Origin: Archangium sp.
GTDB taxonomy: Bacteria > Myxococcota > Myxococcia > Myxococcales > Myxococcaceae
Assembly: GCF_031412795.1 (NCBI RefSeq)
Contig: NZ_JANODR010000017.1
Location: 64,001 to 128,000, forward strand
Direction: 5' to 3'
Length of the DNA stretch: 64,000 bases
Shown: piece by piece, positions 8,829 through 17,522 of the stretch
Layout of the letters: each line of letters begins with the position of its first letter
How positions within the stretch are numbered: the stretch's first letter is position 1
Translations under genes and position numbers: made by a program
Notes under the pieces: generated by a model
Told to the model about the DNA's origin: nothing
What the model saw: only the letters and a program-made list of their open reading frames with translations
The model's database searches: none

Positions 8829-9646
8829 GGGCGGTCCTCCTGCGAATCGGCTTCGGGCTCCGGCGCGGCGTCCGGATCCGGTTGCATCCAGGCCGGCAGG
8901 TTGCTGGCCGGCTCCAAGGTCATCTTCTTGTCGCCCGGGGCGGGCAACACCATGCGCGGCCTGGCGTCCACACCGTAGTCGCGCACCTCCATCGTATACC
9001 GGACGGAGGGGAATTCGATCTTCGCCAGGCGGAGCAGGGGAATCTCCCGGCTCATCCAGTAGCGCTTGAGGACGAGGTTGCCGCGGTAGATGACCTCCAT
9101 GGGCTCGGCCGTCACGGTGCCGGCGAGCGTCATGAGGCGCGCGGGCTTGCCGCGCTTGACGACGGTGTCCTTGCCGGCGGCGGTCTGCGCCGCGGACGGG
9201 GCGGCGCCGGGGCGGGTCGTCTCCGAGGGCTTCTCCTTGCCGGACTCGCTGAGGAAGTATGGCATGGCGTCCTTGTCCACCTCCTGGAGCTTCTCGAAGC
9301 CCTGGGTGACGAACAGCCGGGAGATGCCCTCGGGGCGAATGCCCGTCTCGCGGGCCACCAGCATGAGGAACTGCCCCATGGGGGCCTTCATCGCCGGGTG
9401 CAGGCCGAACTCCACCTCCAGCCACACCGCGTCGCGGTTCTGCGCGTCCTTCTGCTCGCTGACGACGGCCATGCGCATGAAGCCCTGACGGACTCCATCC
9501 ATCTGGTACGTCACCCACTCGCCCACGCGCGCGTCCAGCTGCGGGGGGGCGGCCTCGAAGAGCATCCGCCCCTCGGTCGACATCTGCGGCTGCGCCGGAG
9601 CGGCTCCCAGCAGCGTCAGGGTCAGGGCACACACCAGCGCGCTCAT
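8825..9646 (-). CDS. Secreted protein of unknown function (signal peptide) encoded between minor pilins and pilin
   Basis: Start MSALVCALTLTLLGAAPAQP is signal-peptide-like. The 5' end overlaps the preceding gene by 4 nt and the 3' end overlaps the pilin start by 4 nt. Confidence 0.55.
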   Translation of the reverse strand: MSALVCALTLTLLGAAPAQPQMSTEGRMLFEAAPPQLDARVGEWVTYQMDGVRQGFMRMAVVSEQKDAQNRDAVWLEVEFGLHPAMKAPMGQFLMLVARETGIRPEGISRLFVTQGFEKLQEVDKDAMPYFLSESGKEKPSETTRPGAAPSAAQTAAGKDTVVKRGKPARLMTLAGTVTAEPMEVIYRGNLVLKRYWMSREIPLLRLAKIEFPSVRYTMEVRDYGVDARPRMVLPAPGDKKMTLEPASNLPAWMQPDPDAAPEPEADSQEDRP

Positions 9647-10419
9647 GGCTTCTTCTCCTTCACGAGGCCCTGGCGCATGGCGGCCTCGCGCGCCTGGCGC
9701 ACCGCGTCCGCGTTGGGCATGCCATCCGGCCGATCCGTCCCCACCCACGACTGGGAGACGGCCACCCGAGCGCTCTCCAGCTCCACCAGCGTGGTCATGG
9801 ACTGCTCGGGCCCGCGCGCGTACTCGAGCACCAGGGTGCGCTGCCCATCCAGCTTGCCTCCGGACTCACGCACCGGCTTGTAGCCCGCGCTGGTGTACTT
9901 GTTGGCCAGCTCCTGGCGCACCTCATCCATCGTGCGCTCCACGATCTGCGTGCTGTGCCGCGAGCCGCCCGCCTCGTCTCGCGAGCCCACGTCCGCGCTG
10001 AAGAGCGGGCCCTCCACGCGGATCATCTTGTCCTGCCCGGCGGAGGGCGGCTTCTCGTACAGCCAGAGATCCTTGAGCACGGTGAAGCCCACCGTCTTGC
10101 CCATGTGCTTGCGCAGCACCACCGCCCGCTGCAGCCCCTCGCGGGTGAAGAAGGCGGCGACGACTCCCTCCTCCTCCAGGTCCCCGTCGACGACGACGGG
10201 GTAGCCCTGCTTGTTCCAGTACTCGGCGAAGTACTTCGCCACCTTCTCCATGGAGTCCTTCGTGGTGAAGTACGCCATGCGGTGGTACTGGCCGTTGATC
10301 AGCAGATCATTGCCGATCCGCGTGTGGGCGGTGCCCGGGTACACCGCGAGCTCCTGCTCCGCCCATGACGGAGAGGCCCACAGCGACACCAGGAGGAGCG
10401 TGAGGATCGTTACTCGCAC
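9643..10419 (-). CDS. Secreted protein of unknown function (signal peptide)
   Basis: MRVTILTLLLVSLWASPSWAEQ signal peptide. Overlaps the upstream TadE-like gene by 10 nt. Confidence 0.55.
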   Translation of the reverse strand: MRVTILTLLLVSLWASPSWAEQELAVYPGTAHTRIGNDLLINGQYHRMAYFTTKDSMEKVAKYFAEYWNKQGYPVVVDGDLEEEGVVAAFFTREGLQRAVVLRKHMGKTVGFTVLKDLWLYEKPPSAGQDKMIRVEGPLFSADVGSRDEAGGSRHSTQIVERTMDEVRQELANKYTSAGYKPVRESGGKLDGQRTLVLEYARGPEQSMTTLVELESARVAVSQSWVGTDRPDGMPNADAVRQAREAAMRQGLVKEKKP

Positions 10420-11552
10420 GTGATCTTGTTCTTGTTCTTGTCTTTGTTGGTGCTGGGATCCATGGCGGGCGTGTTGGGCATGTCCGCCATCTGGTTCTTG
10501 CAGCCCATGAAGTGCTCGCCGCGCGACTCGAACATCTTGATGTAGAGCGACGAGGCGTACGCGGCGGTGTCACGGAAGGGCGCGGTGTCGAAGCAGCGCT
10601 GCGGATCCTCGTCGAGGCCCGGGTACTTGTTCACGTTCTGCAGACCCGGGTGCGAGGGGTGCGAGGGCGTGTTGCAGTCCTGGCCGCCCGTGCCCGGCGT
10701 GTAGTTGTGCGCTACCACGAAGGTTCCCATGAAGTCCGGCAGGAAGAAGTTCGTCACCGAGCTGATGCGGTCCAGACCGATCTGGCTCAGGTAACCACTT
10801 ATACCAAGGAACTTCATCCGGCCCACCTGACGGAACATGCCGTGCTCCGAGCCACCGTCGTGCACGCCTGCTCGCTTGGGCTTCACGAGCGCGTCACCGC
10901 CGTCGGGCAGGTGCCAGCCGTTGGCGATGAGCGTGTAGCGGTTGCCGATCGGCAGGTTGCTCAGGTCTCGGCCACCCCAGTTGTCCACGGAGTAGAAGCC
11001 GCGCGACTCGCGCTGCAGGTAGCGACGGGGCAGCAGCAGCGACGCCAGGCTGCTGTTGACCTGCACCTGCACCTGGCCCTTGGTGTTGAACTTGAAGTGG
11101 TTGAGGAAGAAGTTGTAGCCCTTGCCGATCGCGCTGGACACCTCGGCGCCCGCACCGCCCGAGGGCATGACCCAGCTCAGGTCGATGCCCTGCACCGCCT
11201 GATTGGTGATGCTCACCTCCACCGGCGAGGGGCGCAGCATGATGGCGTAGCTGCCCCCGTTGGGCTCCAGGGAGTTGTAGTCCTTGTAGCGCTCGTTGGC
11301 CTCTTCCACCGTGGCCTGCATGGCGGTGGTGAAGGCCTTGTCGTGGTCGGCCTCGCCGTAGTCGCTCAGCGCGTAGCTGGTCATCTCCCAGGCCACGTAA
11401 CGCGAGGCCTCCTGGAGCTTGATCTTCGCGAGGACGATCTCCGTGAGGAAGATGCTGAACATCAGGATGGAGGTCAGCAGCGGCACCACGAGCGCGAACT
11501 CGACGGTGGCGGCACCGCGCCGGGAGCTCTTCTGTAGGCGATTGCGGAGCAT
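10410..11552 (-). CDS. TadE-like minor pilin/pseudopilin with large C-terminal domain (~380 aa)
   Basis: N-terminus MLRNRLQKSSRRGAATVEFALVVPLLTSILMFSIF is the TadE-like signature (GxAxVEFAL..P). ATG at 11552 is chosen rather than the ORF-track start at 11657. Confidence 0.7.
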   Translation of the reverse strand: MLRNRLQKSSRRGAATVEFALVVPLLTSILMFSIFLTEIVLAKIKLQEASRYVAWEMTSYALSDYGEADHDKAFTTAMQATVEEANERYKDYNSLEPNGGSYAIMLRPSPVEVSITNQAVQGIDLSWVMPSGGAGAEVSSAIGKGYNFFLNHFKFNTKGQVQVQVNSSLASLLLPRRYLQRESRGFYSVDNWGGRDLSNLPIGNRYTLIANGWHLPDGGDALVKPKRAGVHDGGSEHGMFRQVGRMKFLGISGYLSQIGLDRISSVTNFFLPDFMGTFVVAHNYTPGTGGQDCNTPSHPSHPGLQNVNKYPGLDEDPQRCFDTAPFRDTAAYASSLYIKMFESRGEHFMGCKNQMADMPNTPAMDPSTNKDKNKNKITCE

Positions 11553-11560
11553 GGCGGGCC

Positions 11561-13645
11561 TCAATGGGTGATGATCTTCGCCGGCGCGTCCTTGACGGCC
11601 GCGGGCAGCGCGTTGGCCAGCTGGTTGACGAGCGGCAACGACTCCTTGCCCTGCCACACGGCCGCCAGACGGGGCCGCCAGTAGGGGTTGAAGAAGTTGG
11701 GGTGCTCGGTCCAGTTGCCGGGCCGGTGGTAGTACGTCTGGCCGCGCGAGATGACGCTCATGCCCGAGGCCACGGAGAAGCCGGCGACCTCCAGCTTCTT
11801 GCGGTCGTTGTCCAGCTCCAGCGTCGCCGAGCCGCCGAAGTTGAAGGTGAGGCTCGAGCTGCCGTTGAGCCGGGACACGTCGTTGTGCGTGGCGCCCGTC
11901 GGATCGGCCCCCGTGTTGTGCAGCTCCTCCGAGTCCTTGTTGAGCATCACCCAGGCGGAGGGCTGGTTGAAGTCATGCTCGCGCTTGGCGGCCTGGTTGA
12001 TGCTGGCCTCGCCCTTCTTGGCCTGACCATTGTTGCAACTGCTGCACGAGCCGCCGCTGCCGCCGCCCGAGCTGTTGCCCCCCGGGTTGAGGCCCGCGCA
12101 GTCCCGCGCGTAGTCGCCCGGCTCGAAGTGGGGGAAGGGCGCCAGGCCCTCCCACGGGTGGTTGTTGTCCCGATCGTCGATGCGGACGTTGGCCGAGTAC
12201 ACATCCACCGAGAAGGGGCAGAGCCAGTCCGGCACGAAGGGGACCACGCACACCTCGTCCTTGTAGAGGCCCACGTTGGTGTCCGCCCTGCTGGCACCGC
12301 CGCTGTTCCTGAAGATGACCCGCCAGTGGATGCCGTTGCGGCGCAGATCCCTGTCGCTCATGGACCAGATGCTGGGCTTGAGCATGTCGTTGGGCTCCTC
12401 GCGCGGATCGCCCCAGCAGTGCCTGTAGTCGCGCTTGTCGTTGAGGATGCCTCCGGGCTCCTTGGGGCAGCTGAAGGGGTTGATCAGACCGATGTTGGAG
12501 GGGCCGATCTTGATGTAGTAGGTGTCGTCCGCGCCGATCACGTCACCCTGGGCCATCATGCCCATGGGGCTGCCGGGCGGATCGCGGTGCTCGCGGATCT
12601 TGTTGCGGCCCGTCCTGGGGCTCGCGGTGCCGTAGCCGAGCCGGTAGGTGAGCATGCGCGTCTGGCCCCACTTGGGGAAGCTGTTGAGCATGCTCTCCAG
12701 CGGCTGGAGCCAGCTGGGGATGGGCAGCAGGTCGCCCAGCTTGCGCGAGGTGACGAACGTCTCCGGGCAGATGCCCGAGCTGGCGTTGCAAGGGAAGCGC
12801 GTGGCGTTGCTGATGCCGCCCATCACGCGCTTGGCGCGCGAGACCTTGTCCCGCTCGTCGCGCTTGGTGGGATCCAGCGCGTCGAAGGGCTTGTACTTGC
12901 CCGTGAGCACCTGGCCGGGCGCGACGGTGGTCTCGTCGTAGTGCGTGCGGTTGAAGAGACACTGGTTGATGAGGCCCGCCAACGTCTGGGGGATGAACGA
13001 GTCCACGTGTGGATCGTTGGCCGCGATGATGGTGTTGGAGGTGCCCATCACGTAGGACGAGGAGGCCATCATCACCGCCACGGCCGCGCCTGACATGACG
13101 GCATTGAGCAGGCGATGGCCTGGGACCACCACCTTTCCGATGGCCCGGTCGATGAAGTCCATGCCCTGCTTCAGGAGGAGCAGCATCTTCTGGAGCACGG
13201 TGAAGATCGTGTTGATGACCCTCATCAGGGCTCCGATCCACGGCAAGACGTCCAGCACGGCGCAGATGATCTTCCATCTGCCCTTCCGGCTGTCCTTGGG
13301 GAAGCACGGGCCGATGGTGCGCATGAACCCGTAGATGTCCGTGAGGAAGGCCTGGACGAAGAAGATGAACGAGTTCAGCGACTGCCAGAGCATCGCCGAC
13401 ACGTAGTGCGACACCTGGGTGCGGTTGGTGAACGCGTAGAAGTTGAAGGCGCGCGCCTCCATGGCGGCCGTGGAGTAGGCCGCGGCGTCCGCCGTGTTCT
13501 GCAGGCGGATGCGCTCGTGCACGTTGTGCCCGATGTTGACGGTGGTGAGGAGCGCGATGCTCAGGATGAGCATCAGCAGACAGGCCATCACGAGCGCCTG
13601 TCCTTCCTGGCGCTGGAGGCTGCGACGAAGAGCGCGGGTCATCAT
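11561..13645 (-). CDS. TadG-like protein (Tad_N N-terminal domain), 694 aa, Cys-rich C-terminal region
   Basis: QEGQALVMACLLMLILSIALLTTVNIGHNVHERIRLQNTADAAAYSTA matches the Tad_N (TadG-like N-terminal) pattern. Gly/Ser/Cys-rich loop NSSGGGSGGSCSSCNNG. No VWA motif was recognised. Confidence 0.7.
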   Translation of the reverse strand: MMTRALRRSLQRQEGQALVMACLLMLILSIALLTTVNIGHNVHERIRLQNTADAAAYSTAAMEARAFNFYAFTNRTQVSHYVSAMLWQSLNSFIFFVQAFLTDIYGFMRTIGPCFPKDSRKGRWKIICAVLDVLPWIGALMRVINTIFTVLQKMLLLLKQGMDFIDRAIGKVVVPGHRLLNAVMSGAAVAVMMASSSYVMGTSNTIIAANDPHVDSFIPQTLAGLINQCLFNRTHYDETTVAPGQVLTGKYKPFDALDPTKRDERDKVSRAKRVMGGISNATRFPCNASSGICPETFVTSRKLGDLLPIPSWLQPLESMLNSFPKWGQTRMLTYRLGYGTASPRTGRNKIREHRDPPGSPMGMMAQGDVIGADDTYYIKIGPSNIGLINPFSCPKEPGGILNDKRDYRHCWGDPREEPNDMLKPSIWSMSDRDLRRNGIHWRVIFRNSGGASRADTNVGLYKDEVCVVPFVPDWLCPFSVDVYSANVRIDDRDNNHPWEGLAPFPHFEPGDYARDCAGLNPGGNSSGGGSGGSCSSCNNGQAKKGEASINQAAKREHDFNQPSAWVMLNKDSEELHNTGADPTGATHNDVSRLNGSSSLTFNFGGSATLELDNDRKKLEVAGFSVASGMSVISRGQTYYHRPGNWTEHPNFFNPYWRPRLAAVWQGKESLPLVNQLANALPAAVKDAPAKIITH

Positions 13646-13649
13646 GGGT

Positions 13650-14627
13650 TTACAGGCCCCAGCTGGGCTTCAGGTGCATCAGCCACTTGTAGTAGAAGTT
13701 CGACTGCATCCGCATGCTGTAGGTGGCCGTCAGCGGGATGAAGTAGCGCTTGCCGCCGATGAGGCCCGACAGGATGGGGATGTCCCCGCTGGCCACCGCC
13801 CACAGCACGGCCATCTCCACCTGGTAGAGCGTGTTGTAGCCGCGCTCGTGCCGGATGCCGCGGATGGGCACGAACTTCACCTGGCTCATGCCACCGCTGC
13901 GGTGGGTCATGCTCGTGTTGCGCTGGAGCGTGGGCCGGTCGATGGCGCCGTACAGCGACACCCCGGCGTTGGCCGCCCACCACGCGGTGAAGATGACCCA
14001 GTTGGCGAAGGGCACCTTCAGCTCGTACCAGTAGCGCAGGCGGATGCTCAGCACCGTGGCCTTGCGGTACGTCTCCTCGCCGTCGTCCGGAATCGACAGG
14101 TTGAAGAACTTGGCGATCTTCTGCTCCAGCTCCGGCACCTGCGGGTAGGCGTCCGGTCCGTCGAAGTCCAGCTCCTTCCAGTTGTAGCCCGTGCGCAGCT
14201 TCCACACGCTCCCGATGGAGTCGTACCAGGACGGGTTCACCGTATCGATGCGCACCTGGCCGAACAGGTTGGAGCCGTTGACGGTGGCCGGGATGATCCC
14301 GTTCTTGTTGGGCCACGCCAGCAGCTGCAGCGCCTCGTCATAGGCCTGGGCGATGGCCCACGTCTTTCCCAGCTCGAAGAGGGAGTCGGTGCGGCCCATG
14401 GTGGGCAGCAGCGCGATGATGGCGGCGTCCTTCATGCGCTCGTTGCTGCCGTTCCACACGATGCCCGTGCGCGCCGCGCTGTACGCCGCGTACTCGGTCA
14501 TGATCTTCGCGTGCTGCATCATCGTCAGCTGGATGATGCCCAGGCACATGAAGGTCATGAGCGGCAGCACCAAGGCGGATTCGACGGCGGCCTGACCTGA
14601 TTCCCTGGATTTGACGGGAGTAAGCAT
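13650..14627 (-). CDS. TadE-like minor pilin/pseudopilin (325 aa), first gene of the minus-strand operon
   Basis: ESGQAAVESALVLPLMTFMCLGIIQL is a TadE-like N-terminus. A 283-bp divergent intergenic region lies upstream. Confidence 0.7.
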   Translation of the reverse strand: MLTPVKSRESGQAAVESALVLPLMTFMCLGIIQLTMMQHAKIMTEYAAYSAARTGIVWNGSNERMKDAAIIALLPTMGRTDSLFELGKTWAIAQAYDEALQLLAWPNKNGIIPATVNGSNLFGQVRIDTVNPSWYDSIGSVWKLRTGYNWKELDFDGPDAYPQVPELEQKIAKFFNLSIPDDGEETYRKATVLSIRLRYWYELKVPFANWVIFTAWWAANAGVSLYGAIDRPTLQRNTSMTHRSGGMSQVKFVPIRGIRHERGYNTLYQVEMAVLWAVASGDIPILSGLIGGKRYFIPLTATYSMRMQSNFYYKWLMHLKPSWGL

Positions 14628-14774
14628 GGATGACGCTTTGTACCGACATTGTCACCTTCCAGGCATCGGTCAGGTGGACGCCACTGGAAGACGGCCGCTG
14701 AGCGGGGGACCAGGCCCGAAAAGGGGGTCCAACTCCAGGAAAACCAGAAAAGGCGTCAGGTTCGGGAAGCGCCT

Positions 14775-14802
14775 TTGACACCTGACATGACAGGTGGATA
14801 AC
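14775..14802 (+). promoter_or_regulatory. Candidate sigma-70-like promoter TTGACA-N16-GATAAC with embedded palindrome CACCTG-N6-CAGGTG, upstream of cpaB
   Basis: TTGACA at 14775-14780 and GATAAC at 14797-14802. The inverted repeat cacctgacatgacaggtg sits between them. Lies in the divergent intergenic region 14628-14910. Confidence 0.25.
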
Positions 14803-14910
14803 ATCGCACCCCGCTGGCGCCCAGGGCTCGCGCCACTCGTAACTCCGACACACCCAACGAGTTTCGCCGCCACCGCCTGGACGCCCCCCGCTTTTGGAGG
14901 TCCTCGAGAC

Positions 14911-15726
14911 ATGCTGAAGGGTAAGACTCCGCTCGTGATCGCTTTGGCGCTCGGCCTGTTGGCCGGCATCATCGCGTGGTCCGCCATCAAGAAGAAGGAG
15001 GCGGACGTGCGTCGTGGCTGGAACCTGGTGCCCGTGGTCGTGGCCTCCCAGGACATCCCCGAAGGCACCATCATCACCTTCGACATGATCAACCAGCGCT
15101 CGGTGCCCGAGCAGTTCGTCACCTCGTCGGTGGTGAAGCCGGAGTCGGCCACCTACGTGGTGGGGCAGAAGGTGCTGGTGGCGCTGCAGTCGGGAGATCC
15201 GCTGCTGTGGAGCCAGTTCGAGACCACGAAGGCCGCCGAGCGCCTGTCCACGCGCGTGCAGAAGAAGGTGCGCGCCGTCACGATCGAGGCCAAGTCCACC
15301 ACGTCGGTGGGCGGCTGGGTGCGTCCCAATGATCACGTGGACGTGGTCGGCACCTTCCGCGACCCGCAGACGGAGGAGCAGGTGGCGGTGACGCTGCTGC
15401 AGAACGTGATCGTCCTGGCCACGGGCAAGATCACCGGCACCACCAACGTCAACCTCATCCCGGAGAGCCAGCGCGAGTACAACAACATCACGCTGATGGT
15501 CATCCCGGAAGAGGCCGAAATCCTCATGCTGGCCACGGAGCTGGGCAACCTCACGCTCTCGCTGCGCAACGAGGAGGACGTGGACATGATCGAGGAGCGC
15601 GGCCGCGCCACCATCAGCACGCTGCTGTCCGGCGAGCGCACCCGCGTGCTCGAGCAGAAGCGTCGCGAGATCATCCAGATCATCAAGGGCAACGGCGAGA
15701 AGAGCGCCGGCGCGGGTCCCCAGTAG
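14911..15726 (+). CDS. cpaB: CpaB/RcpC-family Flp pilus assembly protein
   Basis: GGAGG lies 11 nt before the ATG. N-terminal TM LVIALALGLLAGIIAW, followed by a SAF-like segment and an RcpC beta-domain (GDPLLWSQF, VRPNDHVDVV). Confidence 0.8.
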   Translation: MLKGKTPLVIALALGLLAGIIAWSAIKKKEADVRRGWNLVPVVVASQDIPEGTIITFDMINQRSVPEQFVTSSVVKPESATYVVGQKVLVALQSGDPLLWSQFETTKAAERLSTRVQKKVRAVTIEAKSTTSVGGWVRPNDHVDVVGTFRDPQTEEQVAVTLLQNVIVLATGKITGTTNVNLIPESQREYNNITLMVIPEEAEILMLATELGNLTLSLRNEEDVDMIEERGRATISTLLSGERTRVLEQKRREIIQIIKGNGEKSAGAGPQ

Positions 15727-15770
15727 TAGTGGCCGTCTTCCTCCCCCGTCGCTGAAGGAAGTCCACGCGC

Positions 15771-16616
15771 ATGCTGGCCGGAATCGTTCTACTTCTCGTC
15801 ACCGGGTCGGTCTTCTTCTTCAGCCTGGTGATCTTCACCGTCCTGGCGAAGGCCTACGAGCAGTACCAGGAGCGGTACGTCGTCAAGTCGATGAACGACT
15901 TGAGCGACATGTTCCTGTTCGTGGATGCCCGGCAGTTGCTGGTGCTCAACATCGCCAGCATGTGCTTGATGGGCATCCTGTCGTACATCATCTTCAACCC
16001 CATCCTGTGCGTCATCGCCACGGTGTTCGGCTTCTTCCTGCCGATCATGCTGGTGAAGCACTACCGGGCGCGGCGCATCAAGCGCTTCAACGTGCAGCTG
16101 GTGGACGCGCTGCAGGCCATGGCCAACGCGTTCAAGGCGGGTCTGACCTTCCCGCAGGCCATCGAGCACGTGGCGCGCGAGGCGCAGCCGCCCCTGTCGC
16201 AGGAGTTCGGGCTCTTCGTGAAGGAAGTGAAGCTGGGCGTGCCGCTGGAGGAGGCCCTCATCAACATGGGCCGCCGGGTGGGCAGTGACGACCTGGAGCT
16301 GGTCGTGGTCGCCACCAACATCGCGCGCCAGCTGGGCGGCAACATGGCGGAGATGTTCGAGACCATCTCCAACGTCATCCGCGAGCGCTTCCGCCTCGAG
16401 GGGAAGATCGACGCGCTCACCTCCCAGGGCAAGCTGCAGGGGTGGGTGGTGGCGGCCATGCCGGCCATCCTCGGCATGGTGCTCAACTACATGCGGCCCG
16501 ACCTGATGGAGCCGATGATGGACCACTGGTTCGGCTACATCCTGGTGACGATCATCGCCATCATGGAAGTGCTGGGCGTGCTCATCATCCGGCGCATCGT
16601 CAACATCGATATCTGA
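15771..16616 (+). CDS. tadB: TadB-like inner-membrane platform protein (T2SS F family)
   Basis: T2SSF-type core LVDALQAMANAFKAGLTFPQAIEHVAREAQPPLSQEF flanked by N- and C-terminal TM helices. Confidence 0.8.
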   Translation: MLAGIVLLLVTGSVFFFSLVIFTVLAKAYEQYQERYVVKSMNDLSDMFLFVDARQLLVLNIASMCLMGILSYIIFNPILCVIATVFGFFLPIMLVKHYRARRIKRFNVQLVDALQAMANAFKAGLTFPQAIEHVAREAQPPLSQEFGLFVKEVKLGVPLEEALINMGRRVGSDDLELVVVATNIARQLGGNMAEMFETISNVIRERFRLEGKIDALTSQGKLQGWVVAAMPAILGMVLNYMRPDLMEPMMDHWFGYILVTIIAIMEVLGVLIIRRIVNIDI

Positions 16617-16625
16617 GGAGCTGTC

Positions 16626-17516
16626 GTGAGCGACGTCCTGACCTACATGTTGATGGGGGGCTCGGCGCTGATGTTCGCGGCGGCCGCGGGCTTCCTCGGC
16701 TTTGGCGTCTACCAGAACTACCTCGAGCGCTTCCTGTCGGAGGTGCGCGACGAGTCCGCTGGTGGCGTCAAGGGCCTGGGCTCGGTCACCATCCGCAAGC
16801 TGGGGGTGATCAACCGCAAGCTGATGTGGCCCGGCTACGAGTCCAAGGTGCGCCGCAACCTCATCAAGGCCGGCGAACCCGATGGCTTCAAGCCCGAAGA
16901 CATCATGGCGATGCAGGAGATCAGCGCCGTGGTGGGCCTGCTGGCGGGCCTCATCCTGGTCAACGGGATTGGCGAGAACCTCGGCTGGTCGCTGCTCTTC
17001 GCCCTGTTCGGCATGTACTACCCGCTCATCTGGGTGAGCGATCAGGTGAAGAAGCGCCACCTGCAGATCTCCCGGGCGCTGCCCTACAGCCTGGACCTGC
17101 TGACGCTGTCGGTGGAGGCCGGTCTGGACTTCACCGCGGCGCTGGCCAAGGTGGTGGAGAAGGGCAAGGCGGGCCCGCTGCGCGAGGAGCTTCAGATCGT
17201 CCTCAAGCAGCTCAAGATGGGCAAGACGCGCGAGGAGTGCCTCAAGGCGATGATCGCCCGGGTGGACCTGGCGCCGCTCACCACCTTCGTCACCGCGCTC
17301 ATCCAGGCGGACAAGATGGGCACCAGCCTTGGCAAGGTGCTGCGCATCCAGTCCACGCAGCTGCGCATCGACCGCACCCAGCGCGCGGAGAAGCTCGCGG
17401 GCGAAGCGCCGGTGAAGATGCTCTTCCCGCTCATCGCCTGCATCTTCCCCACGGTGTTCATGGTGCTCTTCGGCCCCATCGTGTTCCAGTTCATGTTCGG
17501 AAACGTCGGCGGGTAG
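16626..17516 (+). CDS. tadC: TadC-like inner-membrane platform protein (T2SS F family)
   Basis: GTG start with GAGGAG upstream. LPYSLDLLTLSVEAGLDFTAAL T2SSF core. C-terminal TM helices. Confidence 0.8.
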   Translation: MSDVLTYMLMGGSALMFAAAAGFLGFGVYQNYLERFLSEVRDESAGGVKGLGSVTIRKLGVINRKLMWPGYESKVRRNLIKAGEPDGFKPEDIMAMQEISAVVGLLAGLILVNGIGENLGWSLLFALFGMYYPLIWVSDQVKKRHLQISRALPYSLDLLTLSVEAGLDFTAALAKVVEKGKAGPLREELQIVLKQLKMGKTREECLKAMIARVDLAPLTTFVTALIQADKMGTSLGKVLRIQSTQLRIDRTQRAEKLAGEAPVKMLFPLIACIFPTVFMVLFGPIVFQFMFGNVGG

Positions 17517-17522
17517 TGCTCC

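Noticed and set aside
8613-9632. 339-aa minus ORF from the track
   Set aside because: Only its last 72 codons (the Flp pilin, 8613..8828) are real. The upstream part is read out of frame through two bona fide secreted-protein genes.
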